Origin: Podarcis vaucheri
Lineage: Eukaryota
Assembly (NCBI GenBank): GCA_965113315.1
Contig: OZ220363.1
DNA length: 64,000 nt
Reading direction: 5' to 3' (one strand)
Below are positions 52,374 through 64,000 of this stretch, one piece after another (within the stretch, counting starts at the first letter, position 1; every line of letters begins with the position of its first letter). The notes beneath the pieces were generated by a model. The model did not search any database. It had not been told where the DNA came from and worked only from the letters and a program-made list of their open reading frames with translations. A program made the translations under genes and the position numbers.

Positions 52374-55300
52374 GTACTTAACAAGCTGTTAAAATTCCAG
52401 AAACAGGACTCAGATTCACAGGTACTATGCAGTGTTCAGGCCTTAGTTCCCTTCACCCCAAGAGTGATTCAGATGATCATATTTGCCCTTGCTGTACCAC
52501 TCAAAGCCAAAATCTACCACAGCAAGTCCTCGCTTCTTTCTCATCCACCTGCCCCCTCCAATTTTGCTTCGGAAGGTTGTTTTGGAATCAGAGAGGTGGA
52601 TGGTTCCCAGTGGATCAATTAGTCGAACTCCCCACACTATATTTAAAAGCAATGGCAGGTGTTCAGTTGACTTTTGCTTGGGGAGCTGAGCTCATTTTGT
52701 TTTGTTTTGTTTTGTTCCTCTTCCCGTTACCCCAACCTGTCCCATTTTCAGGATAACCTCAGGATACCACCGCAATAAGAGGTTCTTAGCACAAAGGGGG
52801 GGTCAGGTTGGGTTTTCAACCTTTATTTATCACATTCACATCCTGCTTTCCCCTCAAGGAGCTCACAAGAGCAGGTGGGTGGTTTCTCCCATTTTATCCT
52901 CACAACAGCTCTGTGAAGGAGGGAAAGTAGAGTGTCAGTCACTACGGTTGCCCAATGAGCTTTGTAGAATTTCAATCTGAGTCCCCTTTGTTCAAATCCA
53001 CGACACTTTCATCAGTAACTCATGAAAAAAGAAAAAAAGGACTTGGACACAGCACTTTAAAACACAGGTGTGTGCCTAGAAACACAGCACAAAAGGATGT
53101 CTGGATGAGCCCTAAGATGGAAAGCCAGAAACTCATGTATGATAAAGAAATTATCACCTGCTAAATAACAAACGTTATTTGCAAGTCCTTCTTGCATTCT
53201 CTCTCTCCCCACTCCCACAAATCAATGTTCATTCACAACCAAGGAAGTTAGAAATTTGCCTTCTAAAGAAAACAAATTTATATTTACACTCCCAGCCACT
53301 TACTCATCCATACCTAAGAATGTAATGCTTGATAGTATCCTGCCCCCTTGACACAAAGGGTGAGTGCAGAAGACACTAACACATAGCAAAAAAAGGACAG
53401 GAGAGTCACATCCATCATGGAGGAAAGGAACCAGTAGCTAATATCAAGACAGCCCAAAATATGGTGAGATTAGCTAGATATGACTGAGAAGAGCAGGTCC
53501 AGAGTGAGATTCTCAATTTTGTATGATCAACTGTTAATAGTGGGGGATTTGTTGAGAAGGGCACCTACAACATGTGTGTCCACTGATGTGTTTATTTTTA
53601 AAATAACACACTACTCAAGTTATAAAATGGATTGAAACTGTAACCTGAGGAAGAACTCAGAAGCCTCCCACTTCCCACTAGTGGTTCTGCTTAGCGCCAT
53701 CAATGTATGCACTGATATATAGAATGACGTGTCGGGGTGTTTTAATGTCCCAAAGGCTTTACAAATTTTTGACAGAGGAGGAGACAGTAGGAAAAGGAGA
53801 GGCAGACATGACAAGGGGCGGTATTTTATTATTTATTCATTTAAATATTTATATCCCGCCGTTCCATGCCTTTCAAAGATACAACACCAACACAATGTAA
53901 AATACAATCTTAGAAACGACAACAACAACATTGATAAAACACACCAGCAGACATTATCTGAAGGCACTTGACTAAAAATGGTCAGCTGGCCTAAAACAGT
54001 TTGATGTGCATGCTCATTAAGGGGGTTGTTCCAGAGTACTGGTGCCACTACACCAACTGCAGCTCCGTTGATGGGAGGACAGTGAAAGTGGCCTTAAAAG
54101 TGGCCACGTCAGTTTTGAAGGTCAAGGCCAGTGCCTGGAATTGAGCTTGAAAGCAAATTTGTAGCAATGAAGCTTGTACAAAACAAGCGCTAAATGGTAG
54201 ACCCTACGGGCCCCAGCATTCTGAATCGCTTGACATTCCTGGATTGCAGCTCCACATAAGGCACATTAGAGTAATCCAACCTGGAAATAACCGTGCTAGA
54301 TTTGAATTCTCCTGGAAAGAGCACAGCTGGCAAATCAGATGGAGTTGGTCAAAGGCAATCCAGGGCACTGTTGTCACTTCCACATGAAAGAGCACAGACA
54401 GTTCTAGCAGCACACCCAAGCTGTGAACCTGCTGCTTCTGGGGAGGGTAACCCTATCCAAACAAGTTGATCTCCTCGCCCAGGATCATCAGCACCACCTG
54501 TCCAAACCCTGAGGTCATCTACAGAGGCCCTTCTCAGTGTGCCTTCTCCATTGGAAGTGCCTCCATCTTGAAGGATGTGCTGTCTCTAAGGAAGCTTTCT
54601 TTGTCATCCTTTTGCCACAAGGCTAAGACTTTTTTTATTCTCCTAGGCCTTTTTAAAGATTTCATTAGTTTAGTCCCTGTGCTACAGTTGATAGTGCTAC
54701 CTGCAGTATTTGCTCACTGTTTTCAGCTCATGTGGTCTGTATTTTCTTTTATTGGATTGGCCTTTCAGTATTTCTGTTTCTTGCCGGGTTAGTTTTTTTA
54801 AGATTCACTGAATTATTATTTTTTACTGAATTATTCTTATATTTTTAACTGACTGTATACAATGCCTAGAGAACTTGTTTTATGAAGGGGGTCTAACAAA
54901 TATGATTAACAATGAATACATACAGGCATACATATGTCTGTCTTGTCTGGAGTTTCAGTTTGTTCACCCTCATCGACTTCAAGACTCCCAGACACAGAGT
55001 ATGTATGCAAAAATTCTTTCTCCTTTGGGGCTATTGGCTACGACAACTTAAGTCAGCGGACCACATTGCTGTCTAGGTTATCTTCCAGTGGTTCCATGCC
55101 AGAAGTGGGTGAGGGCAAAGGAAAAAGCTGACAAAGCAAAATATGAAACTATTACCTTTGTACAGTAGGCTGGTTTCTTCATGCAGCCCTCTCTATCCAA
55201 GCAAGCACCCACTGCAGGAGGGTGCATAGAAGGGTTGATGAAGCAATTGATCTCAGAAGGGTGTGTGGCCTGGGGAGAATCTCAGGGCCAGAGACAGAGG

Positions 55301-58300
55301 CCTGGAGGGACCCAAATGGCCCCTGGGCCTGAGGTCCCCCACCTGACTTGAACCAAAGGCTTCCAACATGAGGATCCCATTGTTCGTTTAAAATGAACAA
55401 TGATACTTATATGCCCTTCTAAAAGATCTGGGGTGGAGGAAGCAGCTGCCGAATGTGTAGAACAAGTGGTCACAAGGATAGTGTCCAATTAGAATATGGG
55501 GCAAATAGGTACTGAAAGCCATATATCCATTCATCCCATTTTCTTTCTTACAGTGTGTTTTGCTCTACAAAAGACCAGAGAGCTAATGCTGGGATTGACC
55601 ACAGGCTGATTCAGTGACAAACTCTAGAACATGCAGGGATCTGAAAACCAAAAATCACACAACCTGAACAGGCAAGGTTCTAAGAACAGCAGCCAGATAA
55701 ACTAGATAGTTGGTTTTACCCTCAAGTTCAGCTTAGTTTGATGATTTTCAAACCTCATTCCAAGGAACTCTCATTTTCCCTCGCAAATGTCCAGGGTTGC
55801 TCAGTGACAAGGTCAGCAAAGGCAGTCAAGCTTCTCTGAATGACAGCTGGCCCATCAAGAGTGCTGGGTGTGAACTCAGGCGCACTCTTAGCTCATACAG
55901 TGCTGCAATCTGTGCCTATCTATTTATTACCCCTCTCTCTTTCCAAGGCACTTAGGTGCCATACAAGGTTCCTTCTGGTTTATCTTCACCACAGCCCTGT
56001 GAGGGAGGGTTAGGCTTAGATATGGAGACTAGGCCATGCTCATGGATGAGTGGGAATCTGAACCTGGGTCTTGGCGTTCTAATCACTATACTACACTGAC
56101 TCTCTGGGTAAGTGAAGACCTTAGGCCATTGGTCTTCAACTGGAGGGTTGGGAATAACCATCAGGTTGTGGCCTGATCTAAGGTGGGTCTCAACAGCACC
56201 ATACAAATATTGAGTAAAAACTAAGAAATGGGTCTGCAAATGCATTCCATTGGGTTAAAGGCGAGTCCTGGGTCTGGAAACATTGAAGACTATCGCCCAG
56301 GAGCATTCTCCAGAATATTCTACAACACGAAGGCGTTCCAGTCAGACACATTAGTGCGACAAGAGATCCCCAAAGACAGGAAACTTGAAATCCTCTTATT
56401 TAGTATTAGCCAATGAACAAACCTAAGAAAAATGGACCCATAACACTCATGCAAGGCCCAGCTATGCCCAGGTGAGGGCTACAACTGCTACTCACCCTAT
56501 TTAAGGCTAACACCACACACACACACACATTTTTCACTCCCTAGTCACTAAAGCAACTAGAATCTGGATGCCACAAGGTTTAGATGCCATGTGTGAGATA
56601 TTTTTGACCACTCTTGCTATGTTTAGAACAGGGGACTCCAAGTGTCCATGGTGACCTCCGTTTGTTGAGTACATGTTAAATTACCGGCATAGCTTGGGCT
56701 TACATACTTACCTCACTGCTAATTTTATCAGCATTCCCTTTGGCAGTGGGCCTGTAACTCTCAGCCAAGCTGCCAAACACGTCTGGATCGCAGAGCTGGA
56801 CGGCTTCCAGTGACCTGCCGCCCTGCATGTCGAGCTGCTTGCCAGTCTGTATGCTACTCTGTTGTGGCATTCTCTGAAAGTGCATGTTGCCTTCTGCACC
56901 TCGGCTTGCTGGTGGGCGGTAGATTTCAGCAGATGGGCGGGAGGAACCGTAAGTCACCGTCACGAGAGGCTTCTTCCGGGGCAGCCGATTCTCCTGCACA
57001 AAATTGAGGTCTTCATCAATGAGGTCATCCGGCTCAGGCTTAATGTCGATCACAGCTTCCAAGGGGGACAGCTCCCTGAGAGGTTTCACAGTTGACATCA
57101 GGAGAGATGGGGAGGTGTCTTGGCGAGGCTGCCTGTGTGAGAAGAGAAAATATTACCTCTACCTCATGTCAAGAAAATGCTTGCTTGAAGCCTCCAAATT
57201 GAGAAGGGAGCATAAGAATATGTTTGTCAAACTTTCACAGCTCTGTTCCTGGTAGTCCTCACCTATGAGGAGGCGTGAATTGCTATAAGGTGCTTCAGGG
57301 TCAACCCAATCCTAAATTGAATGAAAAATCTGTTTTTGCTTCTGACACTTTGGGGCAATTCTAACCCCACTGGAATGACTGAGAAGACCAGAAAAAAAAA
57401 CCATGTACATAGGCTACTAGAGGTCACAGTGACTGCACCAAATTCTCTAGACCAAATGAAAATTCCCCAGTGCAACTTATCCTCATTCAAAATGTTCAGA
57501 TTCCAATTTTCCCATTCAAAACAATTATTTCCCACATCACAGACTTTATGCTGCTGCTTGTGTTGTTCCAGGTTGCCCTTGTGACTTCTGGGGAACAACA
57601 TCCCTAACCTCTTTCAAAAGAATCAAAAAGTCCTCCAGTTTGATGATCAGCTTCAACACCAAACTATCAATGTGAGAGGCAAGCACAACCTATGGAATGC
57701 ATTTATGAAGGCTCCCACAAGGCTTTATTTCATAGGAGAATGTTGTTGTTACTATTTAAGGTGCATGTGCACACACACACCACTTAATCATCAGTGTTTC
57801 TAAGCAGTATTACAATTGTACTGTTCAAAAGATAATGTCCAATAAGGCAGTATTACTGCTCTATAGTATTTATTTTAGCATTTCAAAATTGTAAATAGCA
57901 ATTGGGTGGCTTGGCAGAAAAGCAATACATAAATGCAATGAACAAATGCATAAATAACCACTATGTGTTACTGGTTTTTAAGACATGAGAACCTTACCGG
58001 GAGGCAGCAATTTTCTGTTCCTGGGAGCTGGTTGAAACTCGAGAGTCACTCCTTTCTGGTCGAGAACTTGAGACTGTAAGGGGCTGTAGGACTTCCTCCC
58101 CACTTCTCTCCCCATTTCCACTTGAAATGCTTTTAACAGAAGGCAAACTGCTCTCAAAGATGTTCGATTCAGAAGATTTTAAGTTGGTAGGTTCTGGAGA
58201 TACAGGTATTCCTTATCTTATTTCAAAGTTCAATGAAGTATTAACACATAACTGTAAAATATGTTTTGCTGCAGATTTCGATAGAAATGCACTTCCTTCA

Positions 58301-61300
58301 GTTCACATTGAGTAATATATGCTTTCAAAATAATATTTTCCCTGTTTGCATGAGAATGTTACTTAAAATTCTAATTTCTGTGCAGTCATAACAATTAAAC
58401 TCTTACATAACAACATGCAACAATAATTATTTTTAATGTCTAAAATGTAAATGAAAGCATACACACATTATCCCTTCCTGAAGATGCTTAATTTCCAAAC
58501 AATAAGCCAGGTTGTCTTTCCTTTACTTACCTGTAGTTACAGACCGAAGCTTATCTAGCACACCATGAAGCCTGAAAAATAAGAAAAACATTTTAATGGC
58601 TAGCATCTGTTTCAAATGCAGTTTCTGAAGGGATATGCTACTTCGTTATGTTGAAATTTGGAATAATGAGCAAATGACTTTCTTAATGCAAGTTATCAGC
58701 ATGGAGGCAAGTGCAATGCAGTGTAGCACACTGGATTGGAATACTAGAAACCAAATTCAAGACCCTGCTCTGCCATCAAACTTTCTAGGTCAGTGTTTCT
58801 TGAGCTTTCGTCTCCAGCTGTTGTTGGACTACAACTCCCATCAACCCTAGCTAGCAGGACCAGTGGTAAGGGATGATGGGAGGTGTAGTTCAACAACAGA
58901 TGGAGACCCAAGCTAGAGAAACACTGTTCTAGGTCGATGAGACCAAATCATCAACTCTCAAACTTGTTAAGGAATGCAGTTATTGTTAATTATCCATGAG
59001 TCAGCAGAGATTACTCATTCCCCGCAATGCACCTGCAGGCATCTTGTGACTCTCTTATCTGTGTTACTGGGCAGATCTGTGGCAAGTAACTTTGTGTATA
59101 TAAAAAAGGGCTTAGCGTAAAATATACTGTGTGAGTTGTTGGAAGTTGGCTGTTGCAGCACTGTGAAGTTGTCGAAACACTTTGTAAAGATTACAGGTAG
59201 GTAGCTGTGTTGGTCTGCCGTAGTTGAAACAAAACAAAATAAATAAAATAAAATAAAAAATTCCTACCAGTAGCACCTTAGAGACCAACTAAGTTAGTTA
59301 TTGGTATGAGCCTTCGTGTGTATACCAATAACTAACTTAGTTGGTCTCTAAGGCACTACTGGAAGGATTTTTATTTTTTTATTTTTTTATTTTGTTTTGT
59401 TTCAAGTTTGTAAAGAGAGAGAAAGACCACACTTCAGGACTCACAAAACTCTAAGCTGTTGCAGGACTCTGCAAATTGACTTAGAACTTCATTCAGCAAG
59501 GAGTGTGAATCAAATACCCTCCTCTGGGCTCAGAGAGAGAGAAGACATATGTAACATCTGTAAATAGTATGGGTGAGTGTTGATGTTGGCTTAGTAAAGA
59601 CAACTCTGCTACATGGCTGTTTCCTGTGGTGAGCTTAACTGCTTGACTGAGCTTCTGCATCACATATTCACAACCCCAGCAAAAGTAACATACAACCCAA
59701 AGTAATAAAACAGGATCAATAAAAAGTTTTATTATTGTTTCTGATCCCCGTTTTTATCAATACCATCAACTAAAGGCATATCCACATAGTTGCCTCTTGT
59801 GCTTTGAATTCAGCATTTCAGTGCAAAATTGGAAGAATACCAAACTGCACATGTATTACACGTAACAGCAGCAGATGCACTGACCCATTTCAAAGGAGGA
59901 TCCAGGAAATGGGTGGGTGAGGAAACTCTGAAAACTGAGTTGCTCTCCCAGCAACATCAAGCTGGATGTTACACTTCATTTGACAACTAAGGTAAAAGCC
60001 AGTCATAAAATGACTCAGTACATAGAACTAGGTCATGAGTTTTAAGATGCATCAGCTTTACCATTCAAATTCAGGAAAAGGAGATGGTCAAACCATAGTA
60101 TTCTTCCTTCAGTGAAATGCAACCAGTTCTTATGCCACGACACATTTGCTCAGCACCTGAAAAATAAGCTGAACCCCCTAGTCCTGGCCATTTCCACGAG
60201 CTCATCTGCCTTGAGTGGCTTTATTTTGCAATGTTGCACAGGTGAAGGTTATTCATGTGCCCTGGCCTAAGCACTCATCTAGACGTGGAGGTTTCAGGAT
60301 CAGACTACAAAAGAATTATAGTTCAAAGAATTAGAGGGATGAGAAACATACCATACAGTGAATCTCACAGTGTTATTTCCCAGAAAGAGGGAAAGGTCCT
60401 CCGTCATCTGCTCCTGGCTCTTCTTGTTGGCCACCATGACCATGATATAATCAGGCAGCTCTTCATCTGATTTAAAGAAAGGGAAATATAACTGGATGTT
60501 ATATGTTTTAAGGGCAGCTGTAGAGTTTGACTACAAAACAGTCATAAAAAAGGGAGAGGGCAACTTTCAGATTATCCCAGGCATAGAACAAGAAAAGAAA
60601 CAGAATCATTACAGGAAATGGCATGGACCAGAGACAGTATGAAACCATGTATTTTGGCCATTAGTTAGACTCCCAGGGGTACAGATTAAAGGTGCGCTAT
60701 TAGAACATAGATGTTGCTGGTTGCAAACAGTAGCCCTGATGGCAAAAGGCCCTGCAGCACAATTCTATGTTTGTTTTAGTTGGGATTAAGCACCATTGAA
60801 TTCTGAGGGACTTAATTCCAAGTGGAAGTGGATAGGAATACTTAATGTGAAATTCTGGGAAGGGTCTTCTTCCCTTCCCTCCTGGTCTTTCTTTTTCCCA
60901 ATTTAACTTGTTTCAGAATATAGCCTATGTTTTATTGTGGGTTTTTCTTTACTAAGTTTGTGGTATGGAATTTCCTTTTTATTTACTTATTTCCTGATTT
61001 TATTTTCAATGCCCACCAGTAAGGGGAACCATATATGAAGAAAAATGTGGCACATCTGCTTTGGATATTTGCTCATTATTATTTCTATAGCACCTACAAC
61101 CAGGAGCTTTACAATTAAAAATGAAACACACAAGAGTTACACAGAAATACACACCAAGGTTATTAGGGTTGCATAAAAGCCTTTCCCCCTGTATCCTGAT
61201 GGTTACAGTGTGAAACAGGTTAGGCCAGGGGTCAGCAAACTTTTTCAGCAGGGGGCCGGTCCACTGTCCCTCAGACCTTGTAGGGGGCCAGACTATTTTT

Positions 61301-61987
61301 TTTTGGGGGGGGGGAGACGAATTCCTATGCCTCACAAATAACCCAGAGATGCATTTTAAATAAAAGGACACATTCTACTCATGTAAAAACATGCTGACTC
61401 CCAGACCATCTGCGGGTCAGATTTGGAAGGCGATTGGTTCGGATCCAGCCCTCAGGCCTTAGTTTGCCTACCCATGGGTTAGGCTGAGAGATGGTAGCAG
61501 GCCCATACCAAAGCTGACGAACCTGTGGCCTTCCAGATGCTGCTGAAGTACAACTCCCATAATCCCTTACTATAGGCAATGCTGGCTGGGGCAGATGGGA
61601 GTAGGATTTCATCTGGAAAGCCACAGGTTCCCCATCCTGGCTCAATGACTTCACAACTGTGGAACAGACAGAAATTCAATAGGTGTTGTTTTCCTCAGCA
61701 TGGAGATATAGTGATGGGAAATGTGGCACCTGCTTACATTATAAATCATTATGGGATACTTGGCAGTAATAACAAATGGTGAACAGTCTTTGTACATACA
61801 TGTAAGAAAATAGCCCCAAACTAGATCTGCAATCCTATTCCCATTTACCTGGCAGGAAACCCCACTGAATACAATGGGACTTGCTTTTGAGTAAAAATGC
61901 ATTGTTGTGCCCTATTTTTACAACTAAAGGCACAAGAAACTTACCCACATATGCTCCCAGCTCCTGTAGCTTTCCTTTTATAGCACT
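38895..61987 (-). CDS. ZC3H14: ZC3H14 (zinc finger CCCH protein 14, Nab2/MSUT2 poly(A)-binding protein), exons 2-17; exon 1 lies beyond the window
   Basis: 16 exons join in frame: N-terminal PWI-like region (SAIKGKLQELGAYVDEELPDYIMVMVANKKS), NLS-like RKRKLP, five CCCH fingers, and C-terminus HALKWTRTQTSE*. Confidence 0.96.
39157..39263 (-). CDS. ZC3H14: ZC3H14 exon 16, ZnF5 (HCRFNTQCTRVDCTFYHP...HALKWTRTQT)
   Basis: tag|...|gtaat, 107 nt. Confidence 0.94.
40118..40212 (-). CDS. ZC3H14: ZC3H14 exon 15, ZnF4 (QLCRFFPACKKMECPFYHPK)
   Basis: cag|...|gtaag, 95 nt. Confidence 0.93.
41454..41590 (-). CDS. ZC3H14: ZC3H14 exon 14, ZnF2/3 (FPNCKFADKCLFIHPNCKYDAKCTKPDCPYTH)
   Basis: cag|...|gtaaa, 137 nt. 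Confidence 0.95.
43110..43230 (-). CDS. ZC3H14: ZC3H14 exon 13, ZnF1 (ERCKYWPACKNGDECAFHHP)
   Basis: cag|...|gttag, 121 nt. Confidence 0.94.
44123..44346 (-). CDS. ZC3H14: ZC3H14 exon 12 (EQLMQPEKPASPKFIVTLDGVPSPPGY...)
   Basis: cag|...|gtaac; the donor position is less certain. Confidence 0.88.
45398..45557 (-). CDS. ZC3H14: ZC3H14 exon 11 (DYYDLESMVHTDTRSFILKKPKL...)
   Basis: tag|...|gtaaa, 160 nt. Confidence 0.92.
45767..45832. repeat. (AATC)n/(AGTC)n microsatellite
   Basis: Direct reading. Confidence 0.95.
47013..47087 (-). CDS. ZC3H14: ZC3H14 exon 10 (TQQRQLFSRLQIEPAIGEALQKAQ)
   Basis: tag|...|gttag, 75 nt. Confidence 0.9.
47686..48590 (+). mobile_element. 5'-truncated young L2-clade LINE in ZC3H14 intron 9, antisense to the gene
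   Basis: ORF WMAANRLRLNPDKTE...ISRLDYCNALYVGLP...LHWLPV with a single in-frame TGA; (ATT)n tail; candidate TSD TTGAGAT at 47679-47685 and 48591-48597. Confidence 0.9.
48702..48857 (-). CDS. ZC3H14: ZC3H14 exon 9 (VPAKQTVPVAPRTRTSQEE...)
   Basis: aag|...|gtgat, 156 nt. Confidence 0.9.
50405..50505 (-). CDS. ZC3H14: ZC3H14 exon 8 (PSLPPNKQANKNLILKAISEAQESV)
   Basis: cag|...|gtaag, 101 nt. Confidence 0.94.
51312..51537. mobile_element. Tigger/mariner-like MITE, same family as 6953, opposite orientation
   Basis: TA|CAGTGGTACCTCGGG...AGGTACCACTG|TA. Confidence 0.85.
51720..51880 (-). CDS. ZC3H14: ZC3H14 exon 7 (EENLRKRKLPVVSSVV...PAKPER)
   Basis: cag|...|gtatc, 161 nt. Confidence 0.94.
52332..52371. 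repeat. (ATA)n microsatellite, with (CA)n at 52237-52260
   Basis: Direct reading. Confidence 0.95.
53820..54500 (-). mobile_element. Old L2 fragment
   Basis: Minus strand APVLWN motif and ccaggttggattact (SRLDY-like); L2-type 3' end near 53830-53860. Confidence 0.55.
56712..57132 (-). CDS. ZC3H14: ZC3H14 exon 6 (MSTVKPLRE...DIKPEPDDLIDEDLNFVQEN...SSE)
   Basis: cag|...|gtaag; overlaps ORF 56700..57098. Confidence 0.93.
57998..58193 (-). CDS. ZC3H14: ZC3H14 exon 5 (EPTNLKSSESNIF...DSRVSTSSQEQK)
   Basis: cag|...|gtaag, 196 nt. Confidence 0.9.
58531..58571 (-). CDS. ZC3H14: ZC3H14 exon 4 (LHGVLDKLRSVTT)
   Basis: cag|...|gtaag, 41 nt. Confidence 0.92.
58791..58926. mobile_element. Palindromic hAT MITE (ggactacaactccc family); degraded relatives near 30440-30530, 43710-43860 and 61515-61640
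   Basis: 8-bp TSD TTCTAGGT; TIR CAGTGTTTCT / AGAAACACTG. Confidence 0.85.
59191..59406. mobile_element. Palindromic Penelope-like insertion with truncated hammerhead
   Basis: Inverted arms of the same family; 10-bp TSD TTTGTAAAGA at 59181-59190 and 59407-59416. Confidence 0.78.
60352..60466 (-). CDS. ZC3H14: ZC3H14 exon 3 (DEELPDYIMVMVANKKSQEQM...RFTVW)
   Basis: cag|...|gtatg, 115 nt. Confidence 0.93.
61226..61476. mobile_element. hAT-Charlie-like MITE
   Basis: 8-bp TSD GGTTAGGC on both sides; CAGGGGTCAGCAAACT / AGTTTGCCTACCCATG ends. Confidence 0.85.
61945..61987 (-). CDS. ZC3H14: ZC3H14 exon 2 (SAIKGKLQELGAYV)
   Basis: minus strand tag|...g|gtaag, 43 nt. Confidence 0.92.
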
Positions 61988-63903
61988 CTATATGAAGAAC
62001 AGAAGAGCAGCCATTTAGGATTGCACAGTTTCAAACAAAAGGCATTCAGATGTTGCTCTAGAAGTCTCAAACTCAAAACCAAGGTTCAAATGAGTTTGTT
62101 CTTGAGGGACTGCCTGATGTAAATGGCAGCAAAACATTATTAATTTAGACAGTGCCATCAGCGGGCATGGTACCTTCCAGCAGACAGCGCCCTGTCCTGA
62201 GGATCTTATAATCTAAAATTCAACATCAAGAGGAAAATGGAGTTGAAAAATGGAGACAGGCATAAAAAGGAAAACAATATGCAGCTGTTACATGGGCTCA
62301 GATTGCATTTCAGTAGGTCAAGGGAGTGACAGACTCCAATATAATATTCCTTCCTGTGCTACAGGTGGGCTAATGTAAACACATTGTTGTCATATAAACA
62401 CAAGCTACTAATATAAGTTCATCATTATACAGAGGCTTTCCATACAAAATTATAAAAAATAAAGGATTGCATTTAGCTATAGCTTTCATGGAGAGCTAAG
62501 GCTTTAAAACTGCAATCCTGCACACTCACATTTTACTTGCAAGCAACTTTTAAATGCAAGGATTCCTGCCCTCCTCGACAACTGGGCTCACGGCAAACAT
62601 TTTGTAAAATAAAGGATGATTTGGAGATTCAGTGTGTTTGTTTTGTGAGTATCCTTACAGCTAGGTGGCATAGAAAAAGGACCGTTTGCTTTATACCTAG
62701 GTGGATAAAAATTACATATCGCTTCTAAAAAAAAACATATTAAGTATTATTGACGACTAAAAAGTCTTAGAGGAAATCTGAATAAAAACATGTTAAAGCC
62801 TACACTTATAATATCTTTAAACTGGTTTGCAACTAACAGTATTAAAGGTTGCTTTTCTATGCTAGAGGAAAAACCTTGCGGGGGAGGGGGAAAGTATATG
62901 ACTTCTGAAGTTGTGTACTGTGCATGACCCAAAGTTGTGTACCGTGTGCTTACTACTGAATCCAGGGTCTAACAAGGTCCCACATGTGCTATACTCTGGG
63001 AGACATCCTCCTCCATTTCACGAGGATTATCCACTGATCTCTCCAACAACCTGATCTCTGCAGTGCTTTCTGTTCTCAAATCACAAATATTTGAAATTCT
63101 ACTTACTAAACAACATGGCATTTACTGCACTTCCATTCCATGAAGAAACACTGTTTTGCCAAATAACTATGAATCACTGATTGTAGAAGTTCTGAATATT
63201 TATTTATTTATTCTACCTTGAATTCTGTGATGAAAGGCAGTATATATAGAAATCAGTATTTTGTCTGTAAACAGACATAGTTCTGAAGTGCATGGGCTAC
63301 ATGTTCAAATATTTTAGATCATACCCCTAGGTTACATAAAGGCTCTTTGCATTTGAAAATCAGTATGCTTGAATTGTTACAGCAATCAGTTAAATGTGCA
63401 TGACTGTTCAGGAAATAGAGGATGTCCAGCACCATTTGTTTATTTAAAAGATGTTTATCCCTTCTTCTAGGTATTCACCCTAAAAACATTGAGAAACTTT
63501 ACTTACGGTAAATAAAATAAATTAGTCATGGTGGCTCAAAATTCATGATTTAAAAGCAATTCACCCATGCACAGCAAAATATTTTTACAAGGGAATCATA
63601 CAAGCCCATATATTTGCAGATTTGGTACACTTCAGTTGAAGTAGTGCATGTCTCCAAAATTTGTTCTGCAAACGGACATGAGGAATTCTGCATTATTGAA
63701 CCACTTTATGTGGATTTCTGAGGTATTGTGCCATCTCTATTACTTTCTGCCTAATCAAACCATAAGGATGTTTGTTCTGTGCTACGGTTTCTATGGTGAC
63801 TGAGCTACAAGTCCAGGTCCTGGGAGGATTGCCCTACCTTTAGGAATTGCGTAATGAATAAAATTACGCTGGGTGATTTTGGAAAATTCAGTTGTTTCTT
63901 CTC

Positions 63904-64000
63904 CAGTGTGGTGTAGTGGTTAAGAGCGGTAGTCACGTAATCTGGGAAACCGGGTTCGCGTCTCCGCTCCTCCACATGCAGCTGCTGGGTGACCTTGGGC
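63904..64000 (+). mobile_element. tRNA-derived SINE 5' part, cut by the window end
   Basis: A box TGGTGTAGTGG, B box GGTTCGCGTCTCC, followed by a gggtgaccttgggc core. Confidence 0.8.

Noticed and set aside
63904-63980. tRNA-like A and B boxes
   Set aside because: No cloverleaf, and the sequence continues into a SINE core; it is a tRNA-derived SINE, not a tRNA gene

Overview
Vertebrate genomic DNA. The repeat content points to a squamate, probably a lacertid lizard (inference). The window holds two convergent multi-exon genes. On the + strand is the 3' part of EML5 (WD40/TAPE microtubule-associated protein): 19 coding exons traced from 2724 to the stop at 28145, including 15-, 9- and 21-nt microexons with UGC-containing acceptors. 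On the - strand is almost all of ZC3H14 (Nab2-like poly(A)-binding protein with five CCCH fingers): exons 2-17, from 61987 to the stop at 38895, with exon 1 beyond the window. Introns and the intergenic gap carry L2, Rex1 and CR1 LINE fragments, SINEs, hAT and Tc1/mariner MITEs and a probable solo LTR. The most notable non-coding signals are: (1) three short Penelope-like insertions carrying a minimal type-I hammerhead ribozyme motif, two of them TSD-flanked palindromes; (2) a 1-kb TSD-flanked hAT element carrying a CpG-island-like cargo inside an EML5 intron; (3) a candidate poison exon in ZC3H14 intron 10; (4) a 60-bp loopless palindrome; (5) a possible very long EML5 3'UTR meeting the ZC3H14 3'UTR. 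Exon boundaries were read by hand from GT-AG sites, frame continuity and recalled human protein sequence.
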